Assembly: GCA_963667845.2 (NCBI GenBank)
Contig: CAXXVL010000002.1
Span: forward strand, 480,001 to 544,000
Reading direction: 5' to 3'
DNA: 64,000 nucleotides
DNA from: Smithellaceae bacterium
Lineage (GTDB): Bacteria > Desulfobacterota > Syntrophia > Syntrophales > Smithellaceae
The position numbers were made by a program, and so were the translations under genes. Of the stretch, positions 31,762-40,361 are shown in pieces (the first letter of the stretch is position 1; the number at the start of each line of letters is the position of its first letter). The notes under the pieces were generated by a model. It was not told the origin of the DNA and ran no database searches. It worked only from the letters and a program-made list of their open reading frames with translations.

Positions 31762-32754
31762 ATGTTTAAGACAGCGATTACGGAAATGTTCGGCGTGAAA
31801 TACCCGATTATCTGCGGAGCGATGATGTGGCTTTGCAAACCGAACCTGTGCGCGGCCGTTTCCAACGCCGGCGGCATCGGCAACCTGACCGCGGCTAATT
31901 ATGAAACGGCGGACGACTTTCGTGCGGCGATCCGCGAAACCCGCAAACTGACCGACAAGCCTTTTTTTGTTGCAATCACCCTTTTGCCGTCAATGCGGAT
32001 TACGCCGGAACACCACAAGATGTATGTAAAAGTGTGCGCCGAAGAAAAAGTGGCCGGCATTGAATTTTCCGGCACGCCGCTGGATAAGGTGGCCGGCATG
32101 GAAGCGGTTGATATGTTGAAGAAGGCAGGCGTGAAAATGTTTCACAAAGTCGGCGCGGTCCGGCACGCCGTGCATGCGGATAAAATCGGATTTGACGGCA
32201 TTTACGCAGCAGGCATCGAGGAAGGCGGCCATCCGCTCAATGACGATGTGACCTCCATGGTGCTCACACCACGCATCGTTGACTCGGTCAAGATTCCCGT
32301 TGTCACCGTGGGCGGCATCGCGGACGGCCGAACGATGGCGGCGGCGCTGGCGTTGGGCGCAGAAGGCGTGATGATGGCCAGCCGCTTCATTGCCACGAAG
32401 GAATGCGAAGTACACGAAAACGTCAAGCAGGAGCTGATCCGCCGGCAGGAATTCGATACGGTGATCTACGGCAAGTCCATCGGCCTGCAGGGACGCGGCC
32501 TCAGGTCCAAAGTCATTGAAGAAGTGCTGGCTATTGAAGCGCGCCATGGCGGATTCGAAGAACTGATCCCTCTGCTCTCCGGACAGAAGGTAAAAGAAGC
32601 CTGGGAAACGGGCGATTGCGATTATGCTCCGCTCATGGTCGGCCAGTCCATCGGCCTGATTCACGATATCCCCACCTGCCGGGAATTGCTCGAAAGAATG
32701 GCTGCCGAAGCGAAAGCGTGCTCGGCCCGGACAGTAAAGCTTTGTGGAAATTGA
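31762..32754 (+). CDS. Nitronate monooxygenase / FabK-like flavoenzyme
   Basis: AAVSNAGGIG, GIEEGGH, GGIADGR, ASRFIATKE, VGQSIGLI. Confidence 0.88.
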   Translation: MFKTAITEMFGVKYPIICGAMMWLCKPNLCAAVSNAGGIGNLTAANYETADDFRAAIRETRKLTDKPFFVAITLLPSMRITPEHHKMYVKVCAEEKVAGIEFSGTPLDKVAGMEAVDMLKKAGVKMFHKVGAVRHAVHADKIGFDGIYAAGIEEGGHPLNDDVTSMVLTPRIVDSVKIPVVTVGGIADGRTMAAALALGAEGVMMASRFIATKECEVHENVKQELIRRQEFDTVIYGKSIGLQGRGLRSKVIEEVLAIEARHGGFEELIPLLSGQKVKEAWETGDCDYAPLMVGQSIGLIHDIPTCRELLERMAAEAKACSARTVKLCGN

Positions 32755-32794
32755 TCAATAAAAGTCGATAAGACGTAAATCATAAGGAGAAACT

Positions 32795-33832
32795 ATGAAA
32801 ACACGAATTACTGAAATGGTCGGCATCAAGGTTCCGATTGTGCTTTCCGGCATGAGCTGGATCAGCACGCCGAAGATGGTCGCGGCGGTATCCAACGCCG
32901 GAGGCCTGGGCATCCTGGCGACGGGACCGCTGTCTAGCGATCAAACCCGCGAAGCCGTTCGCGAAATCAGGACGCTCACGGACAAACCCTTCGGCGCCAA
33001 CGCGTCGCTGATGTTTCCGGGAGCGGCGGAAAACGCGAAAGTCCTTCTGCAGGAAAAAGTGCCCGTAATTAATTTCGCGCTGGGCAAAGGCGACTGGATT
33101 GTGAAGGAAGCCCACAAGTACGGCGGAAAAGTTTTTGCCACCGTGGTCAACCTGAAGCATGCCAAACGCGCCCAGGATTTCGGAACGGACGCAGTCATCG
33201 CAACAGGCCAGGAGGCTGCGGCGCACGGTGAGGATGTCACGTCCCTGGTGCTGATCCCCCATCTGGCTGAAAATCTGAAAATCCCCGTCATCGCAGCGGG
33301 CGGTTTTGCCGACGGCCGGGGTATCGCAGCGGCTTTGGCCTTAGGCGCCGAAGGCGTCGCCATGGGAACGAGGCTCATGACCACGAAGGAAAGTCCGCTT
33401 CATGAAAACTATAAGAAGCTGGCCCAGGAAAAGGAAGTCTACGACACCCTGTTCTCCAAGCGCTTCGACGGCATTTTATGCCGGGTCATGAAAACCGATG
33501 CGGCGAAAAGAGCCGTCAGGAAGGGACTCAGCTGGCCGGCGGCGTTCTTCAACTCTCAGGAAATCGCCAAACAGGTCAACGTGCCCTACTTTAAACTGTT
33601 TTTAGGCGTGCTGGCGTCCGGTTATTCGAATGCGAAACAGCTGGCATTTATGGCCAATGCTTTCAAAGCCATTAAAGTGGCGACCGAAGACGGCGATGCA
33701 AAAACGGGCGTCCTGCCGGTGGGCCAGGTGCAAGGGTTGATTCATGATATGCCGACCGTCGCGGAACTGTTTGATCGCATTGTCAAGGAAGCAAAAGCCG
33801 CGCAGTCGAAGGTCAATGCGGCGCTTGATTAA
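32795..33832 (+). CDS. Nitronate monooxygenase / FabK-like flavoenzyme, second paralog
   Basis: AAVSNAGGLG, EAAAHG, GGFADGRG, MGTR, VGQVQGLI. Confidence 0.88.
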   Translation: MKTRITEMVGIKVPIVLSGMSWISTPKMVAAVSNAGGLGILATGPLSSDQTREAVREIRTLTDKPFGANASLMFPGAAENAKVLLQEKVPVINFALGKGDWIVKEAHKYGGKVFATVVNLKHAKRAQDFGTDAVIATGQEAAAHGEDVTSLVLIPHLAENLKIPVIAAGGFADGRGIAAALALGAEGVAMGTRLMTTKESPLHENYKKLAQEKEVYDTLFSKRFDGILCRVMKTDAAKRAVRKGLSWPAAFFNSQEIAKQVNVPYFKLFLGVLASGYSNAKQLAFMANAFKAIKVATEDGDAKTGVLPVGQVQGLIHDMPTVAELFDRIVKEAKAAQSKVNAALD

Positions 33833-33899
33833 TCCGGCATTGCCGAAAACCGCCAAAAGGGCTATGATGCGTCCATAAAAAATTGAAGGGAGTACTTTT

Positions 33900-34358
33900 A
33901 TGTCAATCGCATCGGCAGTAGAAAGCATGAAACAGCATATCGGGAAAGAAGTCTTCGTTTCCGATTGGACCCAGGTAACCCAGGAACAGATTAACAAATT
34001 CGCGGACGCCACAATGGATCATCAGTGGATTCATGTGGATGTGGAAAAAGCCGCCAAAGGACCGTTCGGGCACACCATAGCCCACGGCTTTCTGACACTG
34101 TCGCATCTTCCTTTCTTCAGCTACCAGGTGCCGCTGAAATTTGAAGGTGCCAAAATGTCCATTAATTACGGCCTGGACAAAGTCCGGTTTCTCAACCCGG
34201 TGGCTTCCGGTTCTAAAATCCGCGATCGGATTGTCTTGAAGTCACTGGAAGAAAAACCGGGAAACCGCCTGCTGATGACGCAGGTTCATACCATTGAAAT
34301 CGAAGGGCAGGACAAGCCGGCCTGCATCGCCGAAGCGTTGGGAATGATCTTCTTCTAG
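33900..34358 (+). CDS. MaoC family dehydratase
   Basis: FADATMDHQWIHVD, TIAHGFLTLS, NYGLDKVRF. Confidence 0.9.
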   Translation: MSIASAVESMKQHIGKEVFVSDWTQVTQEQINKFADATMDHQWIHVDVEKAAKGPFGHTIAHGFLTLSHLPFFSYQVPLKFEGAKMSINYGLDKVRFLNPVASGSKIRDRIVLKSLEEKPGNRLLMTQVHTIEIEGQDKPACIAEALGMIFF

Positions 34359-34367
34359 CACAATCGA

Positions 34368-34414
34368 GTAGGGAACGGTCTCTTAACTTTGAGGTTATCG
34401 CGACCGTTCCCTAC
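34368..34414. repeat. GTAG-type REP-like palindrome (family B), copy 2
   Basis: gtagggaacggtc...gaccgttccctac with perfect arms. Confidence 0.75.
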
Positions 34415-34508
34415 TCGACAAATCAATGATTCAAGTTGGCCTCTCTTCTCGAAATACGCAGGGCCTAACGGCGGAGCCTTTTACAAAGTCATCTTCTCAC
34501 GGTGAATG

Positions 34509-34551
34509 AAAAAGCGGCGAACCGAAATCGGTTCGCCGCTTTTATTTTTTT
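34509..34551. terminator. Bidirectional intrinsic terminator
   Basis: aaaagcggcgaaccga-aa-tcggttcgccgctttt. Confidence 0.85.
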
Positions 34552-34578
34552 GAATAAATCACCTTTCACCGGGCGGAA

Positions 34579-35553
34579 TCAGTTGCGGCTGGTCTGGAAG
34601 GTGATAATCTTCTGCCCGGCGTTTCGGGTGATTCTGCCTTCGCCCTCCAGATAACGCAAATGCGCAATGGCCTCTCCGGTGGCAAACCATTTCTGGGCGA
34701 TGGGAAAATCCTCCCAGGTCTCGCAATCGATGTCCCAGGTCATGCCGGCGGCAATATTGTATGCGTTTAGTGCTTCACCGCCCAGAACATGCATCACTTC
34801 GTCGGCACGCTCCCGGTGGTGGATTTTCAATTCATCAATCCTGTTTTTGAGATTGCCCAGAAAATTCCGGTGCCCCGGCAAGACCAGGTCGACGGGCAGG
34901 TTGGCTACCTTGTCCAGGCTGGCCATATAATCGGCAAGAGAATTCGTCGTGTAGGCCCAGGACTCAATGTGCGGTGTGATATCAAAAAGAACGTGATCGC
35001 CGGAGAAAAAGACTCTCTTGTCTTTTTCGTACAGACAGATATGCCCCTGCGTATGCCCCGGCGTGGCCAGGCATTGCAGACGGTAACCGCCGCATTCGAT
35101 TACGTCGCCGTCATCAATTAATGTAAAAACCGGCTTGGTTTCCGGACTGTATTTGAATCCGGGATGACTGTTGAGCGCCTTTTGCAGCTCATCCGCGGGA
35201 AAGCCGTTGATTTCGGCAAAGTCGATGAGGGGCTGCCAGCTGTTGTCTTCGTCGAACACCTGCGAATCAATCCGGCTGAAATATATTTTACTCGTCGCCG
35301 TCGCCAGCCGCGACACGAGGCCCGTATGATCGGCATGCATGTGGGTCAGCATGAAATCCGTCCGGGAAAGATCGATCCCGAGCTCAGTCAACCCCTGCTG
35401 CATCGCTTCATAACATACGGGACGATTGAAGCCGGTATCAATGATCAGATTGCGGTTGTCGCCTTTGATAATATAAGAATTCAAGTCCTTGAGCGGACTG
35501 TTCGGCAGGGGCACGACAATCCGATAAAGATCTTTCATGATTTCATCCGCCAC
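34579..35553 (-). CDS. MBL-fold metallo-hydrolase
   Basis: IDTG, THMHADH, TPGHTQGH, SGDH, PGH. Confidence 0.9.
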   Translation of the reverse strand: MADEIMKDLYRIVVPLPNSPLKDLNSYIIKGDNRNLIIDTGFNRPVCYEAMQQGLTELGIDLSRTDFMLTHMHADHTGLVSRLATATSKIYFSRIDSQVFDEDNSWQPLIDFAEINGFPADELQKALNSHPGFKYSPETKPVFTLIDDGDVIECGGYRLQCLATPGHTQGHICLYEKDKRVFFSGDHVLFDITPHIESWAYTTNSLADYMASLDKVANLPVDLVLPGHRNFLGNLKNRIDELKIHHRERADEVMHVLGGEALNAYNIAAGMTWDIDCETWEDFPIAQKWFATGEAIAHLRYLEGEGRITRNAGQKIITFQTSRN

Positions 35554-35625
35554 AGGTGAGCCTCCTTAAGAGCTGCATTCGAGTTCCATTTTCACGGGTC
35601 GCGTGAGGTTGGTATCGATGATCTT

Positions 35626-37479
35626 TCATTCTTCCTTCGAGTCTTCCGATGCCGGCTCCGGAGCGAAGATATCGCCGCTCAGTTCCACGGGATAAAATTC
35701 ATCCGGCAGAGCCGTAACGATTTTCAATGGTTTCTCAGGGAATCGGGCCGATTGGGCCGATGAAATCGGCGTCGGCATCGTGATGGCCGGTATTCCGGGG
35801 ATAACGGACGCGGACAATATATTTTCCACCGGCTCCGCAACCTTTTTCTTCCGGTGACGGGAGCGGCGCCGCGCTTTCTTTTTCGGGCTTTCTTCCGTGT
35901 CGCTTGCCGGTTCCATGTCTGTCTTCAGATCGCACACCACGTCCGGTTCCGTTTCTTCAGCGAGCGTTAACAACGGAACGCCCTGCACGGCGCTGACTTC
36001 CAGCGTCTCTTCTTTGACGGATTGCTGAATTTCCAGATTGTCCCACGCTATATCCGATCGGCCTTCAATGGCGATACAGACGCCGAATGTCGTCTCCAGC
36101 TTCAGAAGTTCGCTTCTTTTATTATTCAGGATATACAGGGCAATTTCATGCGGCAGGCTGACCTTCAACTCCGAGTAAACGCCCTTGACCGCCTCCGATT
36201 CAATCTTGCGAAACGCTCCCAGAGACACATATTCCAGGGAGGGTCGCAGCCCGCTGCCCTTGCAGTACGGGCAAGTAATATAGCTGATTTCCTGAATCGT
36301 GGATTGCTTCTTCTGCCGGGATAATTCCAGAAGACCGAATTTGGAAATGCGGGAGAGCTGGATTCGGGCTCTGTCCATACTCAGGGCCTTCTTGAACGCC
36401 TTTTCCACCTCCGCGTTATGCTTCTTATCAATCATATCGATAAAGTCGATCACGATTAAGCCGCCAAGATCGCGCAATCTGAGCTGGCGGGCAATTTCCT
36501 CACAGGCATCGACATTGGTTTTGAAAGCCGTTTCTTCGATATTTCTTTTATTGGAGCCGCGGCCGGAATTGACATCGATCGTGATCATGGCTTCCGTCGG
36601 ATTGATGATGATATAGCCGCCGGATTTCAATTCTACGCGCTCCTGGTAGATCACCCGGATCTGTTCTTCCAGGCCGTACTGTTCAAAAATCGGCACCTTT
36701 TCTTTATATTGCTTCAGAATCCTCAAGTGACGCGGCGCAACGGCCTTTAAATAAGCGCGCATTTTACGAAAGGCCTCGACCTCATCGACCAGGATTTCAT
36801 CGATTTCCAGCGTCAGATAGTCTCTGAGCGATCTCACGCCGAAGTCCGTTTCCTGATAAAGAAAATAAGGGGCGGAGACGCTTTCGGCTTTTTTGTAGAT
36901 CTCCTTCCACAACCGCATGAGAAACTGGTAATCGCGCTGGATCTCCTGTTTGGTGCGGTTGATGCCCGCGGTCCGGACAATAAAACCCATGTCTTCGGGA
37001 ACCTTGATCTGCTCCATGAGGGATTTGATCTTCTGGCGGTCTTCTTCGCTTTCTATCTTGCGCGAAATGCCGCCGCAGAGTTTATTCGGGAGTAAGACAA
37101 GATATCTTCCGGGCAGGGAAATGTAAGCTGTCAGCAAGGCGCCCTTATTGCCGATGACTTCCCGAACGACCTGGACGATAATTTCCTGACCGGCCTTGAG
37201 GACAGGCTTGCCGCCTCCCTGACCGTTTTCCGGTTCAGTCAGATAGTCCGGGCTCACGTCGCGAAGCGGAAGAAATCCGTCCTTGACGCCGCCGTAGTCG
37301 ACAAAAGCGGCTTGCAGGCCTCGTTCGACCTTCAGCACCTTGCCTTTGTAAATATTGCCGGTAATCGGCTCACGCACAGCCATTTGAATATTGAATTCAA
37401 TGAGCTTGCCTTTTTCGTCAACAGTGGCCATGCGCATCTGTTCCTTGTGCACGGCGTTAACGAGCATGATGTGTTTCAT
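35626..37479 (-). CDS. rne: Ribonuclease E/G
   Basis: S1 domain (GNIYKGKV...AAFVDYG), IDVNSG, LRDLGGLIVIDFIDM, CPYCKG. Confidence 0.92.
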   Translation of the reverse strand: MKHIMLVNAVHKEQMRMATVDEKGKLIEFNIQMAVREPITGNIYKGKVLKVERGLQAAFVDYGGVKDGFLPLRDVSPDYLTEPENGQGGGKPVLKAGQEIIVQVVREVIGNKGALLTAYISLPGRYLVLLPNKLCGGISRKIESEEDRQKIKSLMEQIKVPEDMGFIVRTAGINRTKQEIQRDYQFLMRLWKEIYKKAESVSAPYFLYQETDFGVRSLRDYLTLEIDEILVDEVEAFRKMRAYLKAVAPRHLRILKQYKEKVPIFEQYGLEEQIRVIYQERVELKSGGYIIINPTEAMITIDVNSGRGSNKRNIEETAFKTNVDACEEIARQLRLRDLGGLIVIDFIDMIDKKHNAEVEKAFKKALSMDRARIQLSRISKFGLLELSRQKKQSTIQEISYITCPYCKGSGLRPSLEYVSLGAFRKIESEAVKGVYSELKVSLPHEIALYILNNKRSELLKLETTFGVCIAIEGRSDIAWDNLEIQQSVKEETLEVSAVQGVPLLTLAEETEPDVVCDLKTDMEPASDTEESPKKKARRRSRHRKKKVAEPVENILSASVIPGIPAITMPTPISSAQSARFPEKPLKIVTALPDEFYPVELSGDIFAPEPASEDSKEE

Positions 37480-37573
37480 AGTTGTTCCTTTTCGGCTGCA
37501 TCTCCGGTCACACGCTCAGGAAGGAACTAAACGTCCGACCGACACGTAACCTGCCTGATGCAGCTTTGTATAT

Positions 37574-38179
37574 TTACATAAAGGCGCTTACGTCGCCTTT
37601 TCCTTTTCTAATCACTTCAATCGTGTCATCAACGAGACTGATGATACTGGACGGTTCGGGAACAATCGTTCCGCCGTCAATAATCAAATCGACGATCCGC
37701 CCGAAATACTCGTTGATGATCGCGGGATTACCCAAATCTTCTCCCTCGAGCGTCTGCACGCTCGTGCTGATGATAGGCTGGCCGAGTTCGCGGATTAAAG
37801 CAAGACAAATTTCATTTGCCGGCACACGGATACCGGTGGTCGGCCGCTTCGGCAAAATCATTTTCGGTACAAGGCGCGATGCTTCCAAAATAAATGTATA
37901 AGGCCCCGGCAAGAACCGTTTCATGGTTTTATACGCATAATCCGTGACCAGGGCATACTGGCTGATATGTTTAAGATCGGAGCAGACGAAACTGAGTGGT
38001 CGTTTCTTATTTCTTCTTTTAATCTCGTAAATTCTTTCAATACCTTTCTTATTGGATAAATCGCAGCCCAACCCGTAAACCGTATCCGTGGGATAGATGA
38101 TAACACCGCCGTCCCTCAACACATCCGTTGCCTTTTTAATGAGGCGCATTTGCGGATTCTGGCCGTTTATGGATAACAC
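37574..38179 (-). CDS. Sua5/YrdC/YciO family protein
   Basis: YPTDTVYGLGC, LPGPYTFIL, GIRVP, IISTS. Confidence 0.9.
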   Translation of the reverse strand: MLSINGQNPQMRLIKKATDVLRDGGVIIYPTDTVYGLGCDLSNKKGIERIYEIKRRNKKRPLSFVCSDLKHISQYALVTDYAYKTMKRFLPGPYTFILEASRLVPKMILPKRPTTGIRVPANEICLALIRELGQPIISTSVQTLEGEDLGNPAIINEYFGRIVDLIIDGGTIVPEPSSIISLVDDTIEVIRKGKGDVSAFM

Positions 38180-38266
38180 CGTCGGAGCCCCCGTTTCAAT
38201 CTTTTATTTATATCATAATTCTAAGATTTAGCAATGGCTGCAAACGGTTTTTAGAGAAAGTATTCG

Positions 38267-39844
38267 TTACCTCTTTTTCTTATCTTTGCTGAGCTTGTAT
38301 TCGATACTGTCGATCAGCGCCTGCCAGCTGGCTTCAATAATATTTTCGGAAACGCCCGTTGTGCTCCAGAGCTCGGACCCATCCGTCGAATCCAAGAGCA
38401 CCCGGACGCCCGCCGCCGTGCCCTCCGAACCCTCCAGCGTGCGCACCTTAAAATCAACCAGGTGCATTTCCCGGATCTGCGGATAGAACTTGGTCAGGGC
38501 CTTGCGCAGGGCGTGGTCGAGCGCATTCACCGGACCATTCCCTTCAGCAGCCGTCAATTCCTCCTCACCGCCTACGGAGATCTTGATCGTCGCCTGCGAA
38601 AGACAGGGATTATCCAGAGTGCGCGACGTGACCACGCTGAAGCACTCCAGATTAAACGGCTCTACAAACTCACCGATGGCCTTCTTCATCAAAACCGACA
38701 AAGATCCGTCGGCTGCATCAAACTGATACCCCTTATCTTCCATCAGTTTCACCTGATGAACGACTTTACCCAGGGCATTCTTCTTGTCCAGGTCAATCCC
38801 CAACGCCTTGGCTTTATAGGCAATGTTGCTTTTACCGGCCATGTCGGAAACCAGCACGCGCCGGCTGTTGCCGACAAGCTCGGGCTGCATGTGCTCATAG
38901 GCCGCCGAATTCTTAGTAACGGCGCTGACATGCACGCCGCCTTTGTGCGCAAAGGCGCTGCGCCCCACGAATGGTCGCGACATCAACGGCGGGATATTGG
39001 CCACATCGCTGATAAACAGGGAAAGATTCGTGAGCTGACGGATCGATTCCACAGGCAGGCAATTCATTTTCAGCTTGATTTGCAGATTGCCGATCAGCGA
39101 AATCAAATCGGCATTTCCGCAACGCTCGCCGTAACCATTGATGGTCCCCTGAATCATTTTAACGCCTCCCAGGACCGCAGCGATGGAATTGGCCACAGCC
39201 AGTCCGCAATCGTTGTGGACATGAATTCCTGAAGCCGCCGGAGGAATGGTTAAAAAGATTTTCCCGAGAATGTCGCTTATCTCATGGGGCATCGTTCCTC
39301 CGTTGGTATCGCAGAAAACAATTTTATCGGCACCCGCATCCAGCGCTGTTTTTACAACCCGGGTTGCATATCGCGGATTATTCTTGTAGCCGTCAAAAAA
39401 ATGCTCGGCATCAAAAAGCACTTCTTTGCCTTTTGATTTTAGATAAGCAATGGAATCGCGGATCATGGACAAATTCTCTTCCAGGTCGATTTTCAGAATA
39501 TCCGTGACATGCAGATCCCAGGATTTTCCGAAAATGGCCACGGCCGGCGTTTCAGCCTTGATCAGAGCTTTCAGGTTCGGACAGGTTTCGGGGCGGATAT
39601 ACGGCTTGCGCGTGGAGCTGAACGCGGTCAATTTGGCATTCTTGAATTTCACGGCTTTCGCCATTTCAAAGAAACGCAAGTCCTTGGGATTGGACCCGGG
39701 CCATCCGCCTTCAATATAATGGAAATGAACTTCATCAAGCCGCTTTGCAATGCGCAGCTTTTCTTCGGCGGAAAAAGTTACCTGCTCACCCTGGGTGCCG
39801 TCACGGAGCGTTGTATCATAAATTAAGATCTGGTTCTTTGTCAT
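38267..39844 (-). CDS. cimA: Citramalate synthase
   Basis: YDTTLRDGTQGE, IEGGWPGSNPKD, GKSWDLHV, DAEHFFDG, AHKGGVH, EGNGPVNALD: signatures of the Geobacter-type CimA subfamily. Confidence 0.92.
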   Translation of the reverse strand: MTKNQILIYDTTLRDGTQGEQVTFSAEEKLRIAKRLDEVHFHYIEGGWPGSNPKDLRFFEMAKAVKFKNAKLTAFSSTRKPYIRPETCPNLKALIKAETPAVAIFGKSWDLHVTDILKIDLEENLSMIRDSIAYLKSKGKEVLFDAEHFFDGYKNNPRYATRVVKTALDAGADKIVFCDTNGGTMPHEISDILGKIFLTIPPAASGIHVHNDCGLAVANSIAAVLGGVKMIQGTINGYGERCGNADLISLIGNLQIKLKMNCLPVESIRQLTNLSLFISDVANIPPLMSRPFVGRSAFAHKGGVHVSAVTKNSAAYEHMQPELVGNSRRVLVSDMAGKSNIAYKAKALGIDLDKKNALGKVVHQVKLMEDKGYQFDAADGSLSVLMKKAIGEFVEPFNLECFSVVTSRTLDNPCLSQATIKISVGGEEELTAAEGNGPVNALDHALRKALTKFYPQIREMHLVDFKVRTLEGSEGTAAGVRVLLDSTDGSELWSTTGVSENIIEASWQALIDSIEYKLSKDKKKR

Positions 39845-40018
39845 TTGTTCCTCTCTTTCAACCACGGGGATAAATCCCAAAGCAAGCTTTGGGAATATTT
39901 ATTGTGCCCTCCGCTTTGCGGGATTGTTCAACTTACCAATTCCGACGCGTGACCTTCAGGTCATCAGGTGGTCAGGCTATCAGGTCAGGCGCTTCGCTTT
40001 CGGAATTGGAGTTTCACA

Positions 40019-40053
40019 CAAAAAAACCGCTGCCGGTTTACCTGGCAGCGGTT
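40019..40053 (-). terminator. Attenuator terminator upstream of cimA
   Basis: Minus strand aaccgctgcc-aggtaaacc-ggcagcggtt followed by a T-run. Confidence 0.85.
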
Positions 40054-40080
40054 GGGAATTTCGTTTATGGAAATATACAG

Positions 40081-40158
40081 CTATTCCACGGCCAGGCCTC
40101 CTATGGGGAAGCTAATTATAATGTTAATAATTATTGCTGCTGCTCTGTGGATGATCAT
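40081..40158 (-). CDS. Ile-rich leader peptide of cimA, MIIHRAAAIIINIIISFPIGGLAVE
   Basis: 25-codon ORF with 9 Ile codons, AGGTG upstream, terminator about 30 nt downstream. Confidence 0.85.
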   Translation of the reverse strand: MIIHRAAAIIINIIISFPIGGLAVE

Positions 40159-40361
40159 ACGCACCTAACCATTAAATAACTAATTTTTCTGCATATTAAT
40201 TTTTCTGCTGGAGTTTGTCAATCAAAATTATTGACATGAGATGTTTTCTTGGAAAAATTTATAATCGATGGTAAACATAAAGGAAAAAGGAAAGATGCAT
40301 TTTTGGGCAGAAGAGCGAATCGTCTTCACGCCTCTGCCGAAGCAACCCTTCCTAATCAGGA

